From: Setoptus koraiensis
Taxonomy: Eukaryota; Animalia; Arthropoda
DNA length: 64,000 bases
Reading direction: 5' to 3'
NCBI GenBank assembly: GCA_048013815.1
Contig: CM106586.1
Coordinates: 12,710,001-12,774,000, forward strand
Shown here: one piece after another, positions 1-11,886 of the stretch
Numbering within the stretch: the stretch's first letter is position 1
Layout: every line of letters starts with the position of its first letter
Program-made: the position numbers and the translations under genes
The notes under the pieces: model-generated
What the model was told of the DNA's origin: nothing
Databases searched by the model: none
What the model saw: the letters and a program-made list of their open reading frames with translations, nothing else

Positions 1-1842
1 CATCGTCGACTCGATGCTCTGTCACTTGGATTGTATGAAGTCGGCCTAGACAACTTTGCGCGGCTTTGGTGGTAGTGTTGTTGTTGTTGTCGGCGCGGCC
101 GCATGTATAATTGTCGATTGGAATTTATCTTGGATCAATTAAGTAAATCATAACAATCATTAGCATGATGATATTATGTCGCGCATGCAATGAGTTGTGA
201 CAATGGATGTCGCTGGCACAGTTGCAAGATCACATGTGTGTAAGTGGAAGGCCCCAGATAATGGCTTCGCTCGAGTTGCGCTTGTGTCGCATCGGCCCGA
301 TATTTGGGAGCTCGTGATGTTTTTGAGCATCATTAATCGCATCACAATTATTCGCCCCATCGAACAGAGTGAAAAGTCTAAATTCTGCTGCACAGTTGAT
401 CATGCAGCTGAAACAGTTAGCGCCGACATCGAGACAACTGACTAGAGAGAGAGTGGGGAGACTAGAGAGATCAGAGCGAGAGTAGAGAGATCAGAGAGAA
501 AGAGCGAGCATAATTGAGTGCCAGCCAGGAGCGGCCAATAATGGTTGTCATTGTGTTCGCGAGGGGGTATTGTGTGTTTGAAATTCAATGGATTGACTCT
601 AATGGATGTGAAATGAATAAAATCACTGCAGTCTGCAGCGACTATCTTTGGTGTCAGTGCTGTCAGTCACATTGTCGCCCGTCTCCGGCAACAAACTGAA
701 ATCACTGCGCAAAGGCGATGGCCGCAACAGCGAGTTGTTGTCGTTGTCTCATTCATTCCGACGGTTTGTCGGATTTTGCACGAATATAACTCGGATATAG
801 CCGGCTCATATTAGCTGCGACGACAAATTTAAATATAAGCTACATGCAGTGACATTTATGTGTATATCTCCGCAGTTATATGTGTATTTGTGTTGTTGTC
901 TAGCCACCAATCATGGGCACCAACAGATGCAAACAGCGACAGTTGTCTCATGTGACGATTGAATTTATACAATACTGGTGCTAAATACTGGCGCTGCCAG
1001 CCAGTGTAGCGCGAACTTGATAATGATGCTGCCGCCGCTGATGATTATCATTATCATGGTGGTTTTCGAGTGACAGACAGCTCTGAATTGAATGAATGAA
1101 CGACACTCATACGGCGACACAGAGATACAACCATACGGCCATACAACCATACAGCGTCGGGTTCAACTCGCCCGACGTGCCGTCAGACTTTTTGACAGTT
1201 CAAGCCTTAAGCGGGCAAGAGCTGACGTTGTAATGTATGCAAGCGCCATTGTTTAAATGGTCGTTGTTTTGCAGAAATTTTCAAAGTTTCATTTGAAAGC
1301 GAGCGAGCGCTCGATTATGCGTCACAACTGGAATAGAATGGCCGGTTCGGAACGCCGCGCCGCGGCTGTCTAATCGTTCATAATGGAGCTCTATAATGGA
1401 GTCATAATGATTATCATTGCAAATTAGGCTGCATCCGCCCAACCCGGCCACTGGCTGCCACTCGCCGCTGCTCGCCGCCGCTCGGGCCGCTATTGGCCGC
1501 CGCTCGGGCTGTTGCGATCGAGCCGGCCCGCCAGAGCGAGCCAGATCGGGCCGGAGCGAGCCGACGCAAATTTTAAATTTTTGGGCGAATTGGCGAGAGT
1601 TTGCTGGCGAATCGGCGAGAGTTTGCGGACGCAATTTGCGTCCGAAACTTGGCCGGCGACTGATTGCAGCTCGTGTGACACACGATGCTCATTAGTTGGC
1701 CGATTAGCGCGCCACCGTCGGTGGTCACTGTCGGTGGTCACTATCGGGTTGCGCTCGGTCGCCGCGGCCGCCCGCGGCCGCGTCAGAAGCGCCAGCCAGG
1801 TTGGGGCCCGGCGTGCGCTCGCCGGCTCGGGTTTCAAGCTGC

Positions 1843-1975
1843 GGCGGTTGTCGGCGGTTGTTGGCGGTTGTTGGCGGTTGTTGGCGGTTGTTGGCGGTTG
1901 TTGGCGGTTGTTGGCGGTTGTTGGCGCTGTTGTCGGCGGTTGTCGGCGCTGTTGTCGGCGGTTGTTGGCGTTGTC
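1843..1975 (+). repeat. (GGCGGTTGTT)n 10-bp minisatellite with degenerate end
   Basis: About 7 near-perfect units visible at 1851-1920, then variants. Confidence 0.95.
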
Positions 1976-2977
1976 GGTGGCGTTGTTGTGCGCTTTGTTT
2001 TTGTTGTGGGCAGCGGGCAGTGGGCAGCGAACAACAATCAATTATCAAGATGTTATCGGCGGTTGTTGGCGCAGAGCTCAAGTGACAAACGGGAAGTGAC
2101 AAGCTGCGCCTACTCACTTTGTGAGCTGCCAATTGAAATAACTGTTGTTTGTGTACAATACAAGTCGCCGTTGGAAGGCCGCTCATGAGTAACGCTGCCG
2201 GCGTGTTGTAAATGTAAACAACAACGGGCAGCAAATCGTAATCGTAAATCATAATCGTCTTTGATTGTTGTTGTCCGGTCGGCCGCTCGGGCAAGTGGCG
2301 CCGATCGGCGGCCACTGGTCGCGCCATCTAACCGTTGGCCAGCGCGCCAATTGTTGCCGAACGCCGTCGAACGCTGCCGAACTCTCAAAAAATCGCCGCT
2401 TGTCGTTGTTGGGAATTCTTTGTATTTTTCTCTTCTCGAGTTGTTGCGTTTGTTTGTTGCATGTTGCACGGCTGTCGGTATGGCCGTGTACGGCACACCG
2501 ACAGCCATACCGACAGGTTGCGTATGGCGCGCTGCCGGCCGACAAATCGCCAGCAAACAATGACAACAACACATTGTTTGTGCAACCACGACGCTTATTT
2601 ATCACCCTTTATCGCGCTGGCTCTCACAAGTCAGCGGCCAGGTAGCCGCTCAGGTGAGCCAACGCTGTAGTTTGTGTTGCGGCTCAAGTGGCAAGACCAA
2701 AAACAAGAGACCGAGAGCCGGCATCAATAGTAGCAATCGTCGTGAATCGATAATCGATTGACGATTATCATCATCTCAACAAGCACTTTCCCTTTATTGG
2801 CGCCTGTTTGACACCGGCAACTTGTTAGCGCCGCCACTTCGCTATATATTTTATAAAAATATATGCTTTATTTTGCACTGCAAACAAGCCAAACGCTGCC
2901 AAACAAGCGGCTGCTGCCGTCCAACAAACGCTGTGAAGCGACCGCATTACTTGTTGGCAAGCTAGGGGACTCGCAGG

Positions 2978-3078
2978 TCGTTGTTGGCGGTTGTTGGCGG
3001 TTGTTGGCGGTTGTTGGCGGTTGTTGGCGGTTGTTGGCGGGTCGTTGTTGGCGGTTGTTGGCGGGTCGTTGTTGGCGG
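2978..3078 (+). repeat. Second (GGCGGTTGTT)n array
   Basis: Same decamer about 6 times plus GGCGGGTCGTTGTT variants. Confidence 0.95.
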
Positions 3079-3859
3079 ACGGACGGACGGACGGCGCTCT
3101 AACAGGCTGTTGTAAGTGGCAACTTGCGAGCCACAACAGCAACGACAGCGTGCCGACCGGCCCGCTCTCTTGAGCCGGCGGCTCGCCGGTGATTTCTCTA
3201 CAATTTCGAGCTGTGTTGTCGATAAATCTCGGCTTTCGCTCGCTCGCTCGTAGCGATAATCGATAATAATCTACAATGCGACAAACAGGCTGACTGATCG
3301 CAGTGCACACCACATTTCCATGTCTCGTCGGCACCGTCTTGCCAGCCGCATCTCGTCCCATCGCCAGCGTCTTGCCAGCAGCATCTCGCCAGCAGTCCAT
3401 GATGCCGGCTGATCGTCGTCGTCGTCGTCGTCGCTGTTCACCTCCACAACCATTGTGCTGCGTCGCAAGTTGCCGCGTTTCCTCAAAACTATCGACAAGC
3501 ATCCCCATTAGCGACTATCGACAATATTGCACCTAGACTAGATTGTCACATCAGCCACAAACAAACAGCATCTCAATCATCGTCGCCGTCGCCGTCGTCG
3601 TCGTGGTCGCCGCCGACCAGCGACTCCACTGCAGTGTCACCGGTACAGTACAAACAGCAGCAGCATCTATCGCATTACTATCGTCGTCGTCGTCGTCGTG
3701 AAAAAAACCCTTTCACCGGCGCTCATTAACGCCAATAATAGTCGCCAGTTTTATTATTATTATTACATAACAGTTAAAATTTGATTTTATATACACACAA
3801 ACAGAATAATAATTGAGTCACAATTAATCAATCAACAAGTTACACAAGTAGTTGTAGCG

Positions 3860-4717
3860 ATGACAACAAAAGAGCTAAACATGGACTCGGCACACCGTTG
3901 GTTTAAATATTACTCAAATGATTTATGGGATCAAATAGGCGATAGACGCGTCAAAGATTATCCATTGCTTAAGGGCGGACCAACGCAAATATGTATAATA
4001 ATTGGCATTTATCTTTATTTTGTCATCAGAGCCGGACCAAGATTAATGGAATCTAGACAAAAATTTCAACTACGACGCATTATACTATTATACAATGTTT
4101 CATTGGCGTTCATAAATTTATGGTTATTCTACAATGGTATGCTGTGCACCAATTATGGTCTAGATTCATTGGGTTGTGGCCAATTTGAGCTGGGCAAATT
4201 AGATCTAAATGGTCAATTGTCTAGCGAAGATAATCCACAACGGGCTATATATACTGGTTATTTGTTTTTTTTAACTAAAATAGTTGAACTATTAGATACA
4301 GTATTCTTTATATTAAGGAAAAAACCCGAACAGGTTACATTCTTGCATGTGTTCCATCATGCCGTTGTGCCAATATTTCTATATCTGGGCCTCAAGCTGG
4401 CCCCTGGCGGACCGAATGCCTTTTTTCCGCTTATAAACAGTTTAATACACGTACTGATGTATTCATATTATGCATTGTCAACATTTGGACCAAGCATGCA
4501 GCCCTATTTATGGTGGAAGCGTTATTTAACGCGTATGCAAATGATACAATTTGTATTAATAATGGGCAACGGCATTCGTGTCACACTAAACAAAGATTGC
4601 AAATTTCCCGTTGCGTTTGCCTACTTACAGACAGTGATAGGGTTGATATTTTTAGTAATGTTTGCTCTATTTTACAAGAACCGATACACCACCAGCAGGG
4701 CCAAGAAAGCTTTATGA
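3860..4717 (+). CDS. Elongation of very long chain fatty acids protein (ELO/GNS1-SUR4 family), intronless, 285 aa
   Basis: Single ORF with the ELO motifs 'KIVELLDTVFFILRKK', the His box 'FLHVFHH', 'NSLIHVLMYSYY' and 'LWWKRYLTRMQMIQF'; multiple TM segments; basic C-terminus (RAKKAL). Exact ELOVL paralogue not assignable by eye. Confidence 0.95.
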   Translation: MTTKELNMDSAHRWFKYYSNDLWDQIGDRRVKDYPLLKGGPTQICIIIGIYLYFVIRAGPRLMESRQKFQLRRIILLYNVSLAFINLWLFYNGMLCTNYGLDSLGCGQFELGKLDLNGQLSSEDNPQRAIYTGYLFFLTKIVELLDTVFFILRKKPEQVTFLHVFHHAVVPIFLYLGLKLAPGGPNAFFPLINSLIHVLMYSYYALSTFGPSMQPYLWWKRYLTRMQMIQFVLIMGNGIRVTLNKDCKFPVAFAYLQTVIGLIFLVMFALFYKNRYTTSRAKKAL

Positions 4718-4724
4718 TCCGGCG

Positions 4725-4895
4725 CGCAACCACAATCACTGCAACCACAATTACTGCAACAGCAACCGCTGCAACAGCAACAACAACAACTACTGCAACA
4801 GCAACTACTGCAACAGCAACCGCTGAAATAGCAAAAACAGCAGCAACAACAACAACAGCAACAACAACAACAACAAATAAACAAACAAACAAATA
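4725..4895 (+). repeat. AAC/GCA-rich trinucleotide low-complexity tract after the ELOVL stop
   Basis: Runs of ACA/GCA/CAA are directly visible. Confidence 0.85.
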
Positions 4896-5483
4896 AATGC
4901 GTTTATCGTTTTATTTTCGCGTCTCGCACACTCACACTTTGTTCTTACACTTTGTTAGTCACTAATGCAACTAATGCAACTAATCGCTCGTCATGAGCCG
5001 CCGGATCAGCGGCGGCGGCGCTGAGCGCGAGATGCCAATCGCTGATTAACAAGATCGCAAACAAAACCGTGCCGGCGTCTGTTGCGCAACACTGTCTTGG
5101 CTCGCTCGTTGCGCTCATGTGTCGCGGTTGATTGTTGTAGCGTCGATGGCAACACCAACACTAACAATGTGATATCAATAATAAAACATCAGGGGAATCT
5201 CTCCAGCTCGAGACACTGCGCAACTATGCAACTATGCAGTCTGCAGCCACTAGCGACTGGCAACAACCGACAATTCAAGGCTGACTGTGATTTGTCACTC
5301 AAACAGCGCAACCTGTCACTCAAGCGCCCCGAGATCAACGCCGCCACCACGACACCGACAACAGCAGCAACGATAACAGCAGTAACAGCGCCAACAGCAA
5401 CATCGGCGCCCGTGTCGGAGTGTGACAGTCGGAGGCAGCGCCGACCACGTCGCCGACGACCACCACGACGACAACAAGTTTGA

Positions 5484-5583
5484 AACAAACGCAAACAAAC
5501 GCCAACGAACGCGAACGAACGCGAACGAACGCAGGCGAACGCGAGCGAACGCAAGCGAACGCAAACGAACGCCAGCGAACGCG
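5484..5583 (+). repeat. Degenerate 10-bp repeat with GAACGC core
   Basis: Successive units CGAACGCGAA, CGAACGCAGG, CGAACGCGAG, CGAACGCAAG and similar. Confidence 0.85.
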
Positions 5584-5689
5584 TCGACTGACTCGATCCG
5601 GGTGCGGAGGGCGCAAGCGCGCGCGCGCGCGCGCCAAAATAGCTGATTCGTCACGCCGCTGATTGCGGCTGGTGCTGCCGGCGGGTATC

Positions 5690-5915
5690 GGCGAGCGGGC
5701 GTCGGCGAGCGGGCGTCGGTGGCGGGTGTCTGCGGCGGGTGTCCGCGGCGGGTGTCGCGAGGGGGTCCGGGCGAGCCGCCCGAGCGCTGTGGCGGAGTGC
5801 CCCGGCAAAGTGTTCCGGCAAAGCGCTCTGGCAAGGCGTTGTGGCGGAGAGCTCTGGCGGGTGCCGGGCGGGTGCCGGACGGGTGCTCGGGCGGGTGCTC
5901 GGGCGGAGTGCGGCT
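5690..5915 (+). repeat. GC-rich degenerate repeats (GGCGGGTG core, 11-13 bp units)
   Basis: GGCGAGCGGGCGTC x2, GGCGGGTGTCYGC x3 and GGCGGGTGCY(C)G x4. Confidence 0.75.
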
Positions 5916-6722
5916 CCGGCGGCAGCGCGTCAAGTGGCGGTGCAAAGTCGACGGGCACAAGTGCGAGGTGCTCACTCGTTTATCTGGCAGAGTGGCTGAA
6001 AGTTGTTGCTGGTGCGATCAACCACATTTTGCCAATTATTATTCACACCATCGTTTATCTGCTGCGCGCTGCGGGCGCTGTTAGACTTTTGTATCCCTGG
6101 CAGAAACAACACAACTGGCACGACAGCCGCAACAACCGACGACAACCGACGACAACTGCAACAACCGACAACGACAAACTGCAACAACGACAGCGACAAC
6201 AATGACGAGCAGCGCCACTCAAGACCGGCTCGTTTCGTCATTGTGAGCGGCAGCCATTGCGCCCGCTGTTTCTGTCTGTGTCTACCCACTCGGCGAGCTG
6301 ACGAGCTCGACGAGCTCAACGAGTCTCAATAAACGAGCTTAGTTAGTCATAGTTTATAGTGATGATATAATTGCAACATCGCTCGTTGCAAGCAAATAAA
6401 CACACACACACACACACACTGGCACAATCAATGAATAAACTCAATGATACTGAATACAAATGACAAACAACAACAGCAAACATCACACAGCGCAACAGCA
6501 ATTACACAATTGCCACCATTGCTGCTGGCTCGCCAACTAGCTCGCCAAACATTGAGTGAGCTAATGAGCACACAACACTAACGACACACTATCGGCGCGT
6601 TACCATCGAGAGCAACGATTATCGGCGGCAATTATCGACGACAACAGCATCGACGACAACAGCATCGAGTCAGCAACACGTAATACGACACACAGTTACT
6701 CTTACTTAAGGTGCCCAGCAAA

Positions 6723-9148
6723 ATGGACGCCAAACAGCCCATGTTGTCGGACGGGTCAGTTAAGGTGACCGTTCAGCCAGCAGGCAATGTTACGTCGGCG
6801 ACAACGCAAGCGCTACAACAGCAACAACTGACAATGTCCAATCAAAAAAACAGAAGAAACAGCCAATTGAACAAAAGTTCTAGCACATTGAATAGTGAAA
6901 ATTTACACAAAGCCAATCTAACATTTACACAATTATTACGCCGTTCAATATTAGAGAATGTATTATTGATATCAACCATTGGCGCGGTGTTCACTGGCGT
7001 CTTAATCGGTTTCATAATGCGCAAGGCGGCCGGCGCCGACGGTTACTCGCAAGAGTTCATAACGTTGGTCTCATTTCCGGGCGACATGTTCTTGCGAATG
7101 CTCAAAGTGCTTATATTGCCACTGATAATAGCATCGGTCATTAGCGCACTGGCCTCGCTAGACTCAACGGTCAGCGGCAAGATCGGCGTCAGGTCGTGCC
7201 TGTTTTACATGGCCACCACAATAATAGCCACCATAACGGGTATTATTCTGGTCACGGCCATACACCCCGGCGACACCCAAATGAAGCAGGGCTTGCAGGA
7301 GGCAGGTGAGTATGCGCCATTGTCGCCGCTGGCAAATGGCGTCGCCCGCGTAGGGCGACGCCATTTGCTGATCTGTTGATTTGCTGGCACGATTTGTTGA
7401 TTTGCTGGCGCGATTTGCCGACGCGATTTGCGTTGATTTGATTGCGCGACTACTAACTTTCCCTTCCGCCGTTTGTTCGTACCCGCGCGAAATGTCCGCG
7501 CCGCACCCGCGACATACCCGCAATTTAACGCGACATACCCGCCACACACCCGCGACGTACCCGCACGAATATCATCGAAAGGCATCACGCAACGGGCGCG
7601 CAACAAGGGCTCGACCGCGGACGCCGTGGCCGACCTCGTCAGGAGCATCATACCCGACAACATCGTTTCCGCCTGCTTCCAGCACACCGAAACCATTTAC
7701 GTTACGCAAGAGGTCAACGTCACCGACGGCCGGGGCGGCTTCATACTGAAAAACGAGACCAGCAGAAAAACTGAGGCGCGCGACGGGGCCAACGTGCTGG
7801 GCCTCATAGCGTTCTGTTGTTTGTTTGGGGTTATTTGTAGCAAATTGGGCGAAAAGGCGCAAATTTTAGTTGATTTCTTCAAGGCTCTAGATCATGTTGT
7901 TATGAAAATGGTAATGGGCGCCATGTATTTCTCGCCTATAGGTATAATGTCACTAATTATAGAGAAATTTCTCACCATAGACGACATTGGCGAAACAATG
8001 TCCAGATTGGGCCTATACATGGTGACCGTTATAGTTGGTTTAATCATACACGGTTTTATAAGTGTGCCAGCAATGTACGCCATTTACACACGAAAGAATC
8101 CGTTTACGTTTATGAGACAATGTACAGAGTGTATAGTGTTTGCCATTGGTACGGGATCATCAACAGCGACATTACCTGTAACATTCAAATGTTTAGAAGA
8201 AAATGTCAAATGTGACACGAGAATAACGCGCTTCGTATTGCCAATTGGTGCCACTATAAACATGGACGGTACTGCACTTTACGAGGCAGTTGCGGCCATT
8301 TTCATTGGTCAAATGAACGGAATGGTATTCTCATTCTCTGATCTAATTATTATATCACTCACCTCAACGGCGGCCAGCGTGGGCGCTGCCGCCGTGCCCT
8401 CGGCCGGTCTCGTCACCATGATCATGGTACTGACAGCGGTGGGACTGCCCACCGAGGATATAACAATGATCGTGGCAGTCGACTGGTTCCTGTAAGTACC
8501 GAGCCCGGCGCCCCATTTCGCCGGCCTACATGACCGACCGTGCCTAACCAGCCGTGTACAGCCGTGTACACGGCTACCCGTTGGGCACTGATCGATTTTC
8601 AGCCGGCGCCCGCCAATCTGGCTCGCCGGTAACCCGATAGCAACAGCTAGGCTCCATTACTTGATACTTGCTGGCTGTTATTATGTTATTATTACATTAT
8701 TATATGAGGCCGCTGATGTGGATGTTAATGGGCCTGGCAACGTGATCGATTGATTGTGTCCGCTGGCTGTATCTCGGAGTCATTAATGTGAACTAAATCA
8801 ATCAATCCAATTTTCTCCCTCCCTTCCTCTATCACTTCCTTTCGCTGCATTATCCACATTATTCGCGTTATCCGCGTTATCCGCGATACCCGCATTATCC
8901 GCATTATTCACATTACATACACATTATCGACAACATTATCAATACCTACATGCCGCTGCCACGTAACACGTTACGCAACGTTACCTAACAGGGACCGAAT
9001 AAGGACCGCCGTGAATGTTCTCGGCGACGCTTACGTATCAGGAATTGTGGCCCATTTATCAAAAGGTGAACTGGAGCGATACGATGCCGAACACGCAGCG
9101 GACAACAATATACCACCGCCAGTACCTATTGAGTCGCAAGGTAACTAG
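6723..9148 (+). CDS. Excitatory amino acid transporter (SLC1/EAAT), 3 coding exons: 6723-7305, 7582-8491, 8992-9148 (549 aa)
   Basis: GTGAGT donor at 7306, first AG after the branch point at 7580-81 (phase 1), GTAAGT donor at 8492, AG at 8990-91. Splicing restores 'VDWFL-DRIRTAVNVLGD'. SLC1 motifs: 'FPGDMFLRMLKVLILPLII', 'GTGSSTATLP', 'GATINMDGTALYE', 'AAVPSAGLVTM'. Spliced length 1650 nt is in frame. The exon 2 acceptor is the least certain boundary. Confidence 0.9.
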
Positions 9149-10371
9149 TAATTTAATTAGCGCTGTATTAGAGCCGCCGTGCCATTAGAATAATAACAAT
9201 ATTAATAATAAAACAACAACAGCAACACAACACAGTCTATAAATAAGCCAAGCTCACTCAATTAAAGCTCCTCACTCAGACACTAATAAACAAACACCAC
9301 GCTCTCTCTATATATCTATATATCCATCGCCATCGCCACCGCCACCACTACCATTACCTCTCCGCCGCTGCTCATTACTTAAGCTTATCAACTTTGATGA
9401 TCAAATTGTTGTTTTCGCTAAAATGCTAAAACACAGAACAGAGAAACAGATAGATGAGAGTGAGAATGTGAGACAGCCAGCCGAAATAATAATAATATTA
9501 CATAATAATACATAATCTATCGCTAGGCATGCTGAAATACAACGCTATGTAGAACAGACAAACAAACTATCACAAATCGACCTCAACTGACGTTCTCTTT
9601 TACCATTACTATTATTGCTATCACTAATATCACTATCACTATCACTATTGATATTATTAATATTATTGATAACATTGTTATTGTTATTGATTTCAACCCC
9701 TTCCTACCGACATCGCCAATGGCATCGAAATAGCCGGCATAAACATGAAAAGTTTCTAATTATTATTGCGCAATAATAATAATAATAACAATAAAAAGTA
9801 ATAATAACAATCTCAACAAACTTGCATCGTTGTTGTTGTTGTTGTTATTGTTATTGAAAGAGACGGACGGAAACGAACGCAATATACATAATGCATTATA
9901 GCTAGCAATAACAACAGCACCATCACCACCAAACTCGAAACTATATCATCTATACAGTGGAACACAAAATATACAAACAAACAAATAGTTTAAATAACGC
10001 TTATCTCCATGGCAAAATAATATTAATAATAGTCGCCGTCGTTGTGGTCATGGTCGTCAACTTATCATTAGCATAATACTTTACAAAATTTGTCATTAAA
10101 CAGTAGCAGATCGGATATTTTGATCGCCTGGTTGGTTCTGGTTGAGCTCATGTGTTTGTCATCAAAACTAAGTATCATTATATACATATAGTATATATAT
10201 ATATAAATATATGTATTAACAATTACAGCATTTACTTCATACAAACAAGCAAATTACAACCAATCAACGATACTTGTAATGGTTTATTTAGATAAAATAA
10301 AGTCATTATTCATTTGAATACATTCAAATCAAAATACATTTACATTTATTTGTGGACGACATGGCACATTA

Positions 10372-11886
10372 TCATCTACTCCAGATCTTCAGAATTCTAT
10401 CCTTGCCTCCGCTAACTACTCTGTCTCCGTTGGGGCTCCAATCTACAACGTACACTTCGTCTGCGTGACCAGGTAAATCATTGAGTATTTTCGAGCCCTT
10501 AGGTAATATCCGCCACACTTTTAGTGTTTGATCGGCACTACCACTGACTAATAGTCTGCTGTCAGACGACCAAGCCATCTGATAGACACGGCTAACGTGA
10601 CCCCTTAGGGTGGAGATAAATTTTCCGTCTTTACCGTCCCACAACCTGATGGAATGGTCAAAGGAAGCACTTGCAATATATCTCATATCGGGAGAGAATT
10701 TCACGTCGTTTATTAGCTGTTGATGACCTGTGAGCCTGGCTACGGGTTCCTTTTTGCTTTCCGGGTGCCACAAAAACATAGTGAAATCATCTGAGCCAGA
10801 AACTATCACATCCTCGTTGCCCGCTCTAGCTTTGTCGTATCTTTCTTGTGCAATTCTAGCCAGCTCGGCTCGGCTCATTTTGTCTAAATCGAAAGCAGAT
10901 TTAAGTTCATCAGGGTTGTTTTTGGTTTGAAATATGGCCGACGGTTCAAATGGTCCAGTTCTAACAATGTAATCACAGTTCAGTGCCAATGTATTGACCC
11001 AGTGAGCGTGGCCCTTGAGAGTCCTGCAGAGGGTGCCGTCTTTCCCTCGCCACACTTTAATTGTTGTATCTTGGGATGCAGAATATATAAGTCCATTGGC
11101 GCTCCATTTGATACAAGTAACCGACATTGTGTGTCCAGATAGAGTCAGCTCACATTTATACAAGACAGTGTCCCAAATTTTAATTGTGCCATCTTTCGAT
11201 GAGCTAGCCAAACGTCTGCAATCTGGGCTGCAATTGATGGGTTCCCAAGCCAAGCACGTTATCCATTTGGCGTGACCGCTCAATGGAGAGCTATTCTTTT
11301 GTCTACCGATAGATGGGTCCCATAGAATGATCTGGCCATTCTTACAGCCAGATGCTAGTTGTCGACAATCGGGAGACCAGGCCACAGCTAGAACCCAATT
11401 CTTGTGTCCTTGGCATGTATACAACGGCGTCTGAGATGTCATGTCCCATATCCGCACAGTAGTATCGCCTGATCCAGAGGCTAGACTTGTTCCATCTGGA
11501 CTGAATTGTACACTTACAATGGCCTCACCATGGCCTGCCATGGACGTGGTGCATCTTGTCACTGGCTCTACTTTAAACACTGCCTGGGGTGCGTAGACTA
11601 TTTTGAGCACTTGCTCCGAGTCAAGCTTGATTGCATCGCTATTGTCCTCTAACGTCTTCCGAATTGATTCTGTTATTTGAATGTTGTTGATGAAAAACAA
11701 GAAGGGCACTCTGTCGTCTTTGGTTTTCTGTAACACTGCGTCGCAAAGAGATTGTAAATTAGTCGGATTCAAATCCAGAGGTAGCTCTATCTGTTGTCCG
11801 CTCACATCTCCTGATTCTGAAATAAACTGGGTCAGCATGGACTGTTCGCTTATAGTCATTTTTGGTTTTTTGGTTGTTGCCCCCAT
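10372..11886 (-). CDS. NLE1: Notchless protein homolog 1 (NLE domain plus WD40 repeats; 60S biogenesis), intronless
   Basis: NLE ubiquitin-like domain followed by 'QAVFKV.PVTRCT.SMAGHGEAI', WD40 repeats, 'LKGHAHWVNTLAL' and 'SGSDDFTMFLW'. Start placed at the first plausible ATG (11886), not the ORF-track start at 12108. Confidence 0.95.
   Translation of the reverse strand: MGATTKKPKMTISEQSMLTQFISESGDVSGQQIELPLDLNPTNLQSLCDAVLQKTKDDRVPFLFFINNIQITESIRKTLEDNSDAIKLDSEQVLKIVYAPQAVFKVEPVTRCTTSMAGHGEAIVSVQFSPDGTSLASGSGDTTVRIWDMTSQTPLYTCQGHKNWVLAVAWSPDCRQLASGCKNGQIILWDPSIGRQKNSSPLSGHAKWITCLAWEPINCSPDCRRLASSSKDGTIKIWDTVLYKCELTLSGHTMSVTCIKWSANGLIYSASQDTTIKVWRGKDGTLCRTLKGHAHWVNTLALNCDYIVRTGPFEPSAIFQTKNNPDELKSAFDLDKMSRAELARIAQERYDKARAGNEDVIVSGSDDFTMFLWHPESKKEPVARLTGHQQLINDVKFSPDMRYIASASFDHSIRLWDGKDGKFISTLRGHVSRVYQMAWSSDSRLLVSGSADQTLKVWRILPKGSKILNDLPGHADEVYVVDWSPNGDRVVSGGKDRILKIWSR

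Noticed and set aside
1843-3078. Arrays superficially like CRISPR or telomeric repeats
   Set aside because: Head-to-tail units without unique spacers, no cas genes, eukaryotic context, and not TTAGG-type.
1281-3536. Many overlapping ORFs of 60-227 aa on both strands
   Set aside because: They are translations of GGCGGTTGTT and other simple repeats that lack stop codons; no protein-like motifs.
4510-6332. Thr/Ala/Cys/Val-rich and Arg/Gly-rich ORFs
   Set aside because: Products of AAC/GCA tracts and GC-rich repeats, open in several frames at once.
7306-7581. C-terminus of track ORF 6711-7379 and N-terminus of ORF 7473-8495
   Set aside because: Intronic read-through; splicing 7305 to 7582 gives the coherent EAAT.
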